From contig CAYWPX010000011.1 in NCBI GenBank assembly GCA_964460615.1, forward strand, positions 1 through 56,215: a stretch of DNA of 56,215 nt, written 5' to 3'. Both the position numbers and the translations under genes were made by a program. The stretch's first letter is position 1. Every line of letters begins with the position of its first letter. This DNA comes from an uncultured Planctomycetia bacterium. Its GTDB lineage: Bacteria; Omnitrophota; Gorgyraeia; CAYWPX01. This document shows positions 46,584 to 56,037 of the stretch, piece by piece. The notes under the pieces were generated by a model that worked only from the letters and a program-made list of their open reading frames with translations, was not told where the DNA came from and did no database searches.

Positions 46584-47981
46584 ATGATAAAACATACGAA
46601 TTTAAATAAGATCAGCGCATTTATCAATATTATAATTATATCTATGCTGGTATTCGCGATAGACGGATATAGCGCTGAATTACTGGATAAGGGTTCTAGC
46701 GTTGTATTTTCTCTGGAAGAGACCATAAAGACTGCCTACAAAAACAATAGGGATATCCAGATCGCTGAATATGAAGTGAGGGCTTCAAAAGCAGGCATTC
46801 TGGATGCTACAAGCGAATTCCTTCCAAAAGTTGAGCTCGATGCAAACTACAGGCTAAATGCCGCTTCTCTCGGGACTTTGGCAAGCGGTCTTGGGACTAA
46901 TTCCAAAAAGGACATAGGGGTTTACGCCGGGTACAAGAATGACAATTTCCTTGGGCTCAATCTTGAAGAATCGGTTTACGACGGCGGCAAATCTATAGCT
47001 AATTTCGAGCAGTCAAAGATTAACTTTACAATACAAAAAGAGACTCTTCGCGCCAAAAAACTTGATATAGAATTTGAAGCAAAAAGATTATTTTACGGTC
47101 TGCTTCTGGCATACGAGACTGAGCGTATTGCAAAGGATCTTGTGGACCAGGCCGAGGACCATTATCAGGATGTAAAAAAGAAGTTTGAGCATGGTACATC
47201 TTCAAGGTTTGACCTATTGCAGTCAAAGGTCCACGTATCCTTAGTGATACCGGAACTGGTCAAAGCGACAAATTCCGTCGACCTCATAAAATCCGAGTTA
47301 AAGAAACTTCTCAGCCTTAATATGAGGGACGATATTAAGTTAAAAGGCGAGCTGAGTTATTCGCTTATTAATATCGATGAAGAGAGTTTTTTGGCTGAGG
47401 CATGTAAGAATAAGCCTGAGATGATACTTAAATTCTTAGGCATTGACATGAATAAGTGGTCGATCGACATGGCAAAGTCCGGCATGCGCCCAAAATTAAG
47501 CCTCGATGCTGACTATAGCTACAGGACGGGAAATCTTAATAATATGATAAACCCCCGGCATAATAACTGGAGTTTCGGAGTGGCGGTAGTACTCCCAATA
47601 TTTGACGGATTTTCCTCCAAGGCCAAGGTAGATGAAGCGAAGGCAAAATACGCCGAAGCGGTTCTTTCAAAAGAAGATATGACAGACCAGATAGCGGTAG
47701 AAATCAGGCGCGGCTGTCTTGACCTTGTGCAGGCTGAAAGCATAATAAACTCCCAAAAAGACAGCATTATAGAAGCCCAGGAGGCTCTTAAGATAGCCAA
47801 TGTAAGCTACGAATACGGGGTCGGGACAAATCTCGATGTCATAGATGCGGAAGTTTCTCTTAGTCAGGTCCAGACAAATCTCTATCAGGCAATTTATGAC
47901 TATCTGATGGCCCAGGCGTATTTAGACAGGACTATGGGAAAAGAATATATAAAAGACCTTAAACTAACTTCAACAAAATAA
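46584..47981 (+). CDS. TolC-like outer-membrane efflux protein (OEP family)
   Basis: 465 aa, signal-like N-terminus. Duplicated OEP repeats with motifs such as LSLEETIKTAYKNNRDIQIA, GGK..A....S, and ..NVSYEYGVGTNLDVIDAE..L. Confidence 0.8.
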   Translation: MIKHTNLNKISAFINIIIISMLVFAIDGYSAELLDKGSSVVFSLEETIKTAYKNNRDIQIAEYEVRASKAGILDATSEFLPKVELDANYRLNAASLGTLASGLGTNSKKDIGVYAGYKNDNFLGLNLEESVYDGGKSIANFEQSKINFTIQKETLRAKKLDIEFEAKRLFYGLLLAYETERIAKDLVDQAEDHYQDVKKKFEHGTSSRFDLLQSKVHVSLVIPELVKATNSVDLIKSELKKLLSLNMRDDIKLKGELSYSLINIDEESFLAEACKNKPEMILKFLGIDMNKWSIDMAKSGMRPKLSLDADYSYRTGNLNNMINPRHNNWSFGVAVVLPIFDGFSSKAKVDEAKAKYAEAVLSKEDMTDQIAVEIRRGCLDLVQAESIINSQKDSIIEAQEALKIANVSYEYGVGTNLDVIDAEVSLSQVQTNLYQAIYDYLMAQAYLDRTMGKEYIKDLKLTSTK

Positions 47982-48025
47982 TTTTTTTAAACAATTATCA
48001 GCATAAATTTATTTAGGAGAATAAA

Positions 48026-48886
48026 ATGGACCCAAAAATCCTGGAAAAATTAAAAAGTAAAAAAAAGATTTTTATATTAGGATTGATCATTATCTTGATA
48101 ATGGTTTTTGCCGCTATTTTAATATTACAGAGAGAGGGAATTTATAATAAAGTAATAAAAGTCTCGGGGAATATTGAAGGAGATGACGTCAAATTCTCTT
48201 TTAGGGTCCAGGGGCAGATAACGGACCTTTTTACAGATGAGGGAAAGGTGGTAAAAGTGGGCGACGTAGTTGCCAAGCTTAATACCGACGAGCTCTCCAG
48301 GATAAAAGACGAAGCTGAGGCGTCCTTAAAAGCCGAAGAGTACAGGAATAAGCTTGCTGAGGATGATTATTTCAGGGCTGAGAAACTATTTGAGGTAGGT
48401 TCGATTTCGGCGCAGAAAAGGGATTCTTTTAAGACTGCCGCAGATTCCACCAAAGCAAATATTGACCAGCTGGAAGCGTCTCTGGAGCTGGCTAAGACAA
48501 GACTGGGCTTTACGGATCTAATTTCGACGCTTAATGGTTATGTAATAGTAAAATCGGCTTTACCCGGCGAGGTTGTGCAGATAGGCGCTCCGGTATTTAC
48601 GGCGATCGATCTTAATAATATCTGGCTAACGGCTTATATAAATGAAACTGATCTAGGGAAAGTGAAACTTGGGCAGAAGGCATATATTAAAACTGACGCA
48701 TATAAGAATAAGAAATACGAGGGATACATATCTTTTATATCTCCGCAGGAGGAATTTACTCCCAAATTCATCCAGACACAGGAAGAGCGCGTGAAGATGG
48801 TTTACAGGATAAAGATAAGAGCCGATAATAAAGACCTTGAGCTTAAGCCCGGGATGCCTGCCGACGGGTTTATCATATTAGAATAA
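48026..48886 (+). CDS. HlyD-family periplasmic adaptor (YbhG-like)
   Basis: N-terminal TM. ..VSGNIEGDDVKFSFRVQGQI.., coiled-coil hairpin, ..LKPGMPADGFIILE. Confidence 0.8.
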   Translation: MDPKILEKLKSKKKIFILGLIIILIMVFAAILILQREGIYNKVIKVSGNIEGDDVKFSFRVQGQITDLFTDEGKVVKVGDVVAKLNTDELSRIKDEAEASLKAEEYRNKLAEDDYFRAEKLFEVGSISAQKRDSFKTAADSTKANIDQLEASLELAKTRLGFTDLISTLNGYVIVKSALPGEVVQIGAPVFTAIDLNNIWLTAYINETDLGKVKLGQKAYIKTDAYKNKKYEGYISFISPQEEFTPKFIQTQEERVKMVYRIKIRADNKDLELKPGMPADGFIILE

Positions 48887-48887
48887 T

Positions 48888-49619
48888 ATGCCCACAATAA
48901 AGACTGTCAATTTGACCAGAAAATTTGGCAGCAATACCGCCGTAGATAATCTCTCGTTAGAGATAGAAGAGGGTGAGATATTTGGCCTTGTCGGCCCTGA
49001 CGGAGCCGGTAAGACCACCACCATGCGGCTTCTTACAGGTATCCTCGACCCTACATCGGGCGACGCCTGGGTCTATGGTAAACATATCGTAAAAGAATCC
49101 GAGCCCCTCAAAGAAAATATTGCCTACATGTCCCAGCGCTTCGGGCTTTATGAAGACCTCACCGTATTGGAAAATATCAATTTTTACGCCGATATTTATT
49201 GTGTCCCCAAAAAAGAACGGGCTAAAAGCATAGAAAAGTTACTGGGTTTTAGTAACCTCACACCTTTTAAAGACCGACTCGCCGGAAATCTTTCCGGAGG
49301 CATGAAGCAAAAACTTGGGCTTGCTTGTTCTCTAATACATACACCGAAAGTACTTTTTCTGGATGAGCCTACAAACGGCGTAGACCCTGTTTCAAGGCGT
49401 GATTTCTGGCAGATACTCTACCAGCTCCTAAAAGAAAAAGTAACAATTCTATTTTCCACCTCATACTTGGATGAAGCGGAGCGCTGCAAAAGAGTGGCGC
49501 TCATCCATAAAGGAAAACTTCTAAAGTGCGATATCCCCCAAAACATAAAAAATGAATGTAACGCAAAGAGCCTGGAAGAAGCATTTATAAAAACAATAAA
49601 TAAATATGAAAAAAAATGA
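48888..49619 (+). CDS. ABC transporter ATP-binding protein 1
   Basis: GPDGAGKTT, LSGGMKQKL, LFLDEPT. Confidence 0.9.
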   Translation: MPTIKTVNLTRKFGSNTAVDNLSLEIEEGEIFGLVGPDGAGKTTTMRLLTGILDPTSGDAWVYGKHIVKESEPLKENIAYMSQRFGLYEDLTVLENINFYADIYCVPKKERAKSIEKLLGFSNLTPFKDRLAGNLSGGMKQKLGLACSLIHTPKVLFLDEPTNGVDPVSRRDFWQILYQLLKEKVTILFSTSYLDEAERCKRVALIHKGKLLKCDIPQNIKNECNAKSLEEAFIKTINKYEKK

Positions 49620-50553
49620 TTTTGCAGTAAGCGTAAATAAGCTCGAAAAAAAGTTCGGCAAATTCACCGCCGTAAATAAGATCGATTTTGAGGTTCCTCG
49701 CGGCGAGATATTTGGTTTTTTGGGCCCCAACGGCGCAGGTAAATCCACTACCATAAGGATGCTCTGCGGGATCGTTACACCTACTTCAGGTGAGGGTCAG
49801 GTGGGCGGGTTTAACGTTATAAATGAACAGGAGCTCATAAAAGAACATATTGGGTATATGTCCCAGAAATTCTCTCTTTATGAGGATCTGACCGTCGAAG
49901 AGAATATAGATTTTTATAGCGGGATATATAAGATCCCAAAAGCAAAGAAAGCTGAGAGAAAAGAGTGGATCATCAAAATGGCTGACCTTGAAAGTTTCAG
50001 GCATAGCCTTACAAAAACACTTTCTGGCGGCTGGAAACAAAGATTGGCTCTTGGATGCGCCATAATCCACGAACCGAAAATTATTTTTCTTGATGAGCCG
50101 ACCTCAGGAGTAGACCCCATAGCAAGAGCGAGTTTCTGGAGCCTTATAAAAGATATGTCAAGCGAGGGAGTAACTGTTTTTGTGACGACACATTATATGG
50201 ACGAGGCGGAAAACTGCAACAGGATCGCCCTTATATATAAAGGCAACATCATTGCGATGGGCGGGCCAAAAGACCTCAAGACTAGCTATATGAAAAGCGA
50301 TTGCCTGGAGATATCTTTATCGGATTCTGAAGAATGGATAGATAAATTAAGTTCTCTGGATACGGTGGAGGAGACAGCACTTTTTGGATTAAATATCCAT
50401 GCCCTTGTAAAAGATTCTAAAATATCCATACCTTTGATCGAGAAATTTCTCAAAGAATCCAATGCCAAAGATTTTAGAGTCAAGAAGATCGATCCGTCGC
50501 TCGAAGACGTCTTTGTGTCATTGATTGAAAATTACGATAAAGAGCATAAATAG
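49606..50553 (+). CDS. ABC transporter ATP-binding protein 2
   Basis: GPNGAGKST, LSGGWKQRL, IFLDEPT. 14-nt overlap with the upstream gene. Confidence 0.9.
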   Translation: MKKNDFAVSVNKLEKKFGKFTAVNKIDFEVPRGEIFGFLGPNGAGKSTTIRMLCGIVTPTSGEGQVGGFNVINEQELIKEHIGYMSQKFSLYEDLTVEENIDFYSGIYKIPKAKKAERKEWIIKMADLESFRHSLTKTLSGGWKQRLALGCAIIHEPKIIFLDEPTSGVDPIARASFWSLIKDMSSEGVTVFVTTHYMDEAENCNRIALIYKGNIIAMGGPKDLKTSYMKSDCLEISLSDSEEWIDKLSSLDTVEETALFGLNIHALVKDSKISIPLIEKFLKESNAKDFRVKKIDPSLEDVFVSLIENYDKEHK

Positions 50554-50555
50554 AC

Positions 50556-51686
50556 ATGAACCTGAAAAGAATAGCCGCACTTGCAAAAAAAGAATTTGTC
50601 CAGATAAGCCGGGACCCAAGAAGCCTTGCCATGGCAATCGTGATACCTTTACTTATGATCATACTTTTTGGTTCGGCTTTGTCGCTGGATGTAAACAATG
50701 TACCGATGGTCATCTGGGACCAGGATAATTCCATGGTATCCCAGAATTTCATCAAAAATTTCAAATTTTCGAAATATTTTAACATCGTCGCCTACTTTGA
50801 TAATTATAAAGACCTTGAAAATTATATCGACAGAGGCAAGGCGATCATGGCCATGGTAATACCAAAGGATTTTTCGCGGTATCTTAATTCCAGCGCCCCC
50901 GCGCCCCTCCAACTGATTGTTGACGGAAGCGACTCTAATACAGCTACTATCGGCCTTGGCTATGTAAATTCGGTTGTTTCAAAATATAATCTTGATCTAG
51001 CAGTCAAAACTTACAAAAAAGCGGGAGTAACGACGATACCGGTATTGGAATTCAGGCCCAGGATCTGGTTTAACCCTGATCTAAATAGCAGGGTATTTAT
51101 TATCCCGGGCCTCATTGCGGTAATCATGATGGTTATAGCAGCACTTCTTACATCTTTGACTGTTGCAAGAGAATGGGAGAGGGGAACAATGGAGCAATTG
51201 ATCGCTACTCCTGTAAAAGCCGGCGAGCTTATAGTAGGAAAATTCATCCCCTATTTTGTAATAGGCTTTATTGATCTCTTAATAGCGGTGTTCATGGCAC
51301 AATTTGTATTTTTGGTTCCATTAAGAGGGAGTCTTATTTTACTTTTTATTCTAAGCAGTGTATTTCTTACAGGCGTACTCACTATGGGTATACTTATTTC
51401 AATCGGCACAAAAAATCAGCTTTTAGCAAGTCAAATAGCCATTATTAGTACATTTATCCCCGCATTTTTATTATCAGGGTTCATGTACGCCATTTCCAAT
51501 ATGCCTCCGGTAATTCAACTTATTACCCATATAATTCCGGCAAGATATTTCATTACAATATTAAGAGGGATATATCTTAAGGGCGTGGGAATAGAGATAT
51601 TGTGGACGCAGGCGCTATTTTTAATAATCTTTGCTTTTATTATGGTGGCTATAGCGAAGCTAAAATTTAAAAAGAAAGTTTTTTAG
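50556..51686 (+). CDS. ABC-2 type permease (YbhS/YbhR-like)
   Basis: N-terminal KKEFVQISRDPRSL, large periplasmic loop, REWERGTMEQLIATP, 5 C-terminal TM segments. Confidence 0.85.
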   Translation: MNLKRIAALAKKEFVQISRDPRSLAMAIVIPLLMIILFGSALSLDVNNVPMVIWDQDNSMVSQNFIKNFKFSKYFNIVAYFDNYKDLENYIDRGKAIMAMVIPKDFSRYLNSSAPAPLQLIVDGSDSNTATIGLGYVNSVVSKYNLDLAVKTYKKAGVTTIPVLEFRPRIWFNPDLNSRVFIIPGLIAVIMMVIAALLTSLTVAREWERGTMEQLIATPVKAGELIVGKFIPYFVIGFIDLLIAVFMAQFVFLVPLRGSLILLFILSSVFLTGVLTMGILISIGTKNQLLASQIAIISTFIPAFLLSGFMYAISNMPPVIQLITHIIPARYFITILRGIYLKGVGIEILWTQALFLIIFAFIMVAIAKLKFKKKVF

Positions 51687-51689
51687 ATC

Positions 51690-52820
51690 ATGTTCGAGCG
51701 AATAATAACTATCCTAAGAAAAGAGTTCAAGCAGATACTTCGCGATCCGAGGATGAGGGTCACTATGTTTATTGCGCCGCTTTTCCAGCTCTTGGTATTC
51801 GGCTTTGCCGCCACCACAGATGTAAGCCATATTCCTACGGCGATATACGACCTTGATAATACCCCTCAATCAAGATCGATCATAAGGGATTTTAGTTATT
51901 CGGAATATTTCAATGTAAAATATTATATCAATAACGACAAAGACCAGCTGTATCTGGTGGATAAGTCGCTAGTGAATGTTGTTATAAGGTTTAACCGTGG
52001 TTTCGCTCAGGATCTCGAAGGACTCAAAGGCGCAAAGGTGCAGTTTATTCTCGACGGCACAGACTCTAATACGGCTGCTATAATTTTAAGTTATGCCAAT
52101 GTAATAATGAATAAGTTTACGACAGAATTTATGAAAACGCAGATCATGCCCGTCATACAAAAAGTCCCCCAGGTCCCAAAGATTGACCTGAGGTCTAGGG
52201 CCTGGTTTAATGAAAATCTTGAATCAAGGTTATTTTATATCCCGGGAGTTATTGCGCTTATTATATCAATCATGAGCCTTTTATTGACCTCGATGGCTAT
52301 TGTTAGAGAGAAAGAGGTGGGGACTATAGAGCAGTTGATGGTGAGTCCCCTTAAGCCTTATGAGCTTATTTTGGGCAAGCTTCTTCCGTTCGGGATTATC
52401 GCTATTGTAGATGTCGTGCTTGTAACGATTTTAGGGGTATTTGTATTTGATATTCCATTGAGAGGCAGTTTGACCTTACTATTTTTTTCAACGCTTGTGT
52501 ATCTACTTACTACGCTTGGGGTGGGGCTATTTATTTCCACTATTTCAGCCACACAGCAGGAAGCGATGATGAGCGTATTTTTATTCTTCTTTCCGGTAAA
52601 TCTTCTTTCTGGATTCATGTTTCCCATCTTCAACATGCCTCCTATAACCCAGTACATAACTTATTTAAATCCGCTAAGATATTATCTGATTATTCTAAGA
52701 GGAGTATTCCTAAAAGGCATCGGGATAAAGATCCTCTGGCCGGAGATCCTGATACTTTTAGTTATGGGTGTCGGGGTAATCTACATAAGCTCGCTTAGGT
52801 TCCATAAGAGGCTGGGGTAA
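51690..52820 (+). CDS. ABC-2 type permease (YbhS/YbhR-like), paralog
   Basis: RKEFKQILRDPRM, REKEVGTIEQLMVSP. Same architecture as the previous gene. Confidence 0.85.
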   Translation: MFERIITILRKEFKQILRDPRMRVTMFIAPLFQLLVFGFAATTDVSHIPTAIYDLDNTPQSRSIIRDFSYSEYFNVKYYINNDKDQLYLVDKSLVNVVIRFNRGFAQDLEGLKGAKVQFILDGTDSNTAAIILSYANVIMNKFTTEFMKTQIMPVIQKVPQVPKIDLRSRAWFNENLESRLFYIPGVIALIISIMSLLLTSMAIVREKEVGTIEQLMVSPLKPYELILGKLLPFGIIAIVDVVLVTILGVFVFDIPLRGSLTLLFFSTLVYLLTTLGVGLFISTISATQQEAMMSVFLFFFPVNLLSGFMFPIFNMPPITQYITYLNPLRYYLIILRGVFLKGIGIKILWPEILILLVMGVGVIYISSLRFHKRLG

Positions 52821-52988
52821 GATTGTTATTCTTTCCAATAAAGCAAATAATAATATACCAACACAAATAATTATACTAAAATATCACGATTTTGTTAATT
52901 GTAACAAAAGCTAAATATGCCTTGTTTTAGGCTATTTCATTGGGTATACTTGTATTAAAAGACATATATTAGCATTTCCCTTTTAACC

Positions 52989-53108
52989 AAATTTTGCTTA
53001 TTATTTCTAGGGTAAGCAAAATTTCCCTAAGGGCCGCTTGCGAAAAACTCGTAAGAGTTTTGAGCCGATTAGCGGGGTATTCCGGATTTTTCTAGAAAAA
53101 GCCGGAAT
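52989..53108 (+). ncRNA. Candidate structured cis-regulatory RNA leader, copy B, upstream of the 923-aa secreted protein gene
   Basis: H1: AAATTTTGCTTA (52989-53000) pairs with TAAGCAAAATTT (53013-53024), 12-nt loop. Junction CCCTAAGGG. H2: CCGCT (53034-53038) pairs with AGCGG (53071-53075), enclosing AAAACTC-GTAA-GAGTTTT. Then GGTA. H3: ATTCCGG (53079-53085) pairs with CCGGAAT (53102-53108). Confidence 0.55.
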
Positions 53109-53139
53109 AAAATAGTCATTTAACTAAAAGGGTGTAGAA

Positions 53140-55911
53140 ATGTCCACAAAATTCGCTAGTGGATTTCTAAAAGTTTTTTTATTAGCACTTATTTTGCTGA
53201 TTTTGGAAGGCAATCTTGTGCTTTCTAATGGGGCTGAACTAGCTGCTAAATATACCAATAAGCCCATCTCAATTGACGGCCAAATAAATGAATCCGCATG
53301 GAATTCTACCAGCTTTACCACCTACGCAACGCATCCAATTGCCAATGACTCCACAACCGCAAATGTAAAGCTTCTCTGGGACGAAAAATACTTATATGCA
53401 GCAATTGATGTAACTGATGAATACGTTGAAACCGCCAGTCAGGAATGGAACGACGATTCAGTCACTCTAACCATGAAAAATGGTATTTATGCTTCCAAGA
53501 ATCGCCAGGATATTAGAGGGACGGGTGAGGGAGCAGCAGTGAGAGCAGTGCTTCCAAAATCCGGAACGATAATAGATAATAATTCCAATATAGATGCAGG
53601 CTTTACAATTGAAATGAAAATCCCCTGGTCTTCAATAATGTTTATTCCCAATATTGGCGGTGTAGTGAATATTGATTTTCTGAGTGTGGATCACGACAAA
53701 AACCCAGGTGGTAACTATTACGATCCTGCTACGGTTTTTTCTAAGCTTTCCTGGGACGGCGACAAAAATCCCGATACAACTTTAAATGCTTTGGTTTTAG
53801 AAGGGATAGATACTCCACCCGCCCAATCGGCAACCAATCCTCCAAACACCGATAACGCATGTGATTTCTATGGTTTTGATGCTGGGTTAAGGTCTGGTGA
53901 TGTGATTTCTTTAAAAGATTCGCTTGGTAATGAGTTGGGTTATGGAACCTTAAACGAAGACGGTAAGTATGGTTTTGTGACAGCCCTCGGGGACGACCTT
54001 GAAACCGTTTTAGATGAGGGATTTACTGAAGACGAGACTGTTTATATATATAAAAATGGTTCCAAACTTCCTTATGCTGGTAAGTGGCATAAGGGCGCAA
54101 CGATGAGGCTTGATAGCCTGGTAAATACCAATAAAGCCCCTACGTTTTATAATATTGGCAATCAAACTGGCCCGGCAACAAAACTTCTCCAATTTTCTGT
54201 AATGGCTTATGATGCAGATGGTGACTTTTTAACATGGAAATCCGAAAATCTTCCAGAGGGTTCTGTGTTTGATTCTTCAAATGCTGAATTTAGCTGGACT
54301 CCCACGGCCTATGAGGCGGGAACATATGTAGTATATTTTGAAGTGAGCGACGGGATAAATGAACCAATTGGCCAGTATGTTTCTATAAACATAACTACAG
54401 AAAAAGATTTGGTCTCAATTGAAGCAGAAGATCTTACTAATCTAAACCATGAGATTATCTATGACGTATCTATTGGTGCCTGGGCAAATGCCTATGTTAT
54501 AACCACTAATTTTAAGACAAGTTCGCATAATTTTGTGTTGCCGAAATATGGCAATTATACTATATGGGTCCGGATGAGCGGGATTAGCGATAATAGCGAT
54601 GCTGTAAAATTAAATATTGATTCGAAAGTAGATCTGATTTTGGGTGATGAAACGGGGAATAATTACTCAGGTTTTAAGTGGGTTAATTTTAAAAATGGTG
54701 ATGTAAATAATAAAATCTCTCTTTTACTTTACAAAGGGAAGCATGTTCTAAATTTAGTTGATTGCGAAGCCGGGGTAAAGATAGATTCGATAATCATTAC
54801 CAATAATTTTAGCTACCTGCCAACGGAAATTCCTCCTAATATTTCGACTGGTTCATGGGAAAATGTAGTGAGCGATGGATTTGGCGATATTAAGAACCAC
54901 GAGGCAAAATTGATGCAATTTGAAGGAGCCCTATACGCTTCTACTTCCAATGCCAATCTTCATCCGGCGATATTTAAATCTGAAGATGGGGAAAACTTTG
55001 AGAAGGTTTACGAGCTTAAGACTCCGTATAGTCATGGGTATTACATGTATAGGACTTTGGATTTGAAATATTTAGATATCGGGGATAACTCGGGTCTCTA
55101 TGCATTGTCCGACGACTGGTATGGGAGTTGTTATTTGACCTACATGAATCAGGCGGGAACTTTCTCGACGCTAACGCTTGGCAACAGGGACTGGTGGGCA
55201 AAGGATATGATATCGTTTGGCAATTTTGTCTATGCAGGATTTTATAATGACTGGAATCTGTGGTTTACTATGCGAAAAACTGCTTCTCCCATGAATCTAA
55301 ATATTAAGACCAGTTGGCAGGCGGCTTCTTTGGCAGCATTTGGTAAAGACGCGAGCGGGAAACAGCATGCCAATATGGACGCGGAATCTTCGTGTGTTTT
55401 TAAAGGCTATCTCTATGTAGGCACATATAACAATGGCTACTTCGGCAGGACTACTACAGGCGCTCAAATCTGGAGAACAAATGACGGAACAAACTGGCAG
55501 CAGGTAGTAGGCAATGGCTTTGGAAGTACATCTAGGTCCAGCATATCCCAGATGGTAGTCTTTGGTGGATATCTATATGCTACTACAGCCATACCTTTTG
55601 GATCCAACTATATCTACAGGACCAAAGACGGTACAACATGGGAATTGGCCTTCCAGGGTATGGGCAATGAACCATACTTCGGAGATATTACTACTTATAT
55701 GGGAAGACTGTATATCACCACCTACAACTGGGGTGGAAGGGTATACTCATCCCTAGACGGTAAGATATGGACTCCTGTAAGCGACCATTACATAAATAAT
55801 GATTCTACAAATTCCTTAGTCGGGGATTTGGAGATTTTTAAAGGCGCATTATATGTAAATACGCGTAATGGGAAAAATGGGACGAATGTGTTTAGGGCGG
55901 AAATTGAATAA
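53140..55911 (+). CDS. Large secreted multidomain protein: CBM9/DOMON-like domain, Ig/cadherin-like domain, CBM-like domain, C-terminal beta-propeller-like repeats
   Basis: Signal/anchor FLKVFLLALILLILEGNLVLSNGA. ISIDGQINESAWN..LLWDEKYLYAAIDVTDE..NDDSV (CBM9-like). APTFYNIGNQT..MAYDADGDFLTW..EFSWTPT..GTYVVYFEVSDG (Ig-like). Six or more repeats of the type F.G.LY..T.N in the C-terminal 350 aa. Confidence 0.7.
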   Translation: MSTKFASGFLKVFLLALILLILEGNLVLSNGAELAAKYTNKPISIDGQINESAWNSTSFTTYATHPIANDSTTANVKLLWDEKYLYAAIDVTDEYVETASQEWNDDSVTLTMKNGIYASKNRQDIRGTGEGAAVRAVLPKSGTIIDNNSNIDAGFTIEMKIPWSSIMFIPNIGGVVNIDFLSVDHDKNPGGNYYDPATVFSKLSWDGDKNPDTTLNALVLEGIDTPPAQSATNPPNTDNACDFYGFDAGLRSGDVISLKDSLGNELGYGTLNEDGKYGFVTALGDDLETVLDEGFTEDETVYIYKNGSKLPYAGKWHKGATMRLDSLVNTNKAPTFYNIGNQTGPATKLLQFSVMAYDADGDFLTWKSENLPEGSVFDSSNAEFSWTPTAYEAGTYVVYFEVSDGINEPIGQYVSINITTEKDLVSIEAEDLTNLNHEIIYDVSIGAWANAYVITTNFKTSSHNFVLPKYGNYTIWVRMSGISDNSDAVKLNIDSKVDLILGDETGNNYSGFKWVNFKNGDVNNKISLLLYKGKHVLNLVDCEAGVKIDSIIITNNFSYLPTEIPPNISTGSWENVVSDGFGDIKNHEAKLMQFEGALYASTSNANLHPAIFKSEDGENFEKVYELKTPYSHGYYMYRTLDLKYLDIGDNSGLYALSDDWYGSCYLTYMNQAGTFSTLTLGNRDWWAKDMISFGNFVYAGFYNDWNLWFTMRKTASPMNLNIKTSWQAASLAAFGKDASGKQHANMDAESSCVFKGYLYVGTYNNGYFGRTTTGAQIWRTNDGTNWQQVVGNGFGSTSRSSISQMVVFGGYLYATTAIPFGSNYIYRTKDGTTWELAFQGMGNEPYFGDITTYMGRLYITTYNWGGRVYSSLDGKIWTPVSDHYINNDSTNSLVGDLEIFKGALYVNTRNGKNGTNVFRAEIE

Positions 55912-55928
55912 ATTAGTTCATGGCTCAT

Positions 55929-55976
55929 AGCTCTCGGCTCATGGGAAAAGGAAAAAACAGCTGAAAGCTGAGAGCT
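55929..55976 (+). terminator. Stem-loop after the stop codon (11 bp, A-rich 26-nt loop), no T tract
   Basis: AGCTCTCGGCT (55929-55939) pairs with AGCTGAGAGCT (55966-55976) with one G-U. The 3' arm is part of the triplicated AGCTGA(n). Confidence 0.3.
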
Positions 55977-56037
55977 GATAACTAACGTAAATACTTATTG
56001 AATTTATACTTATAAATTGATATATTGGAGAAAACAA

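Noticed and set aside
50480-50785. ORFs (50480..50785 - and 50525..50728 +) at the ABC ATPase/permease junction
   Set aside because: They overlap two strongly supported genes in other frames, and no motifs are present.
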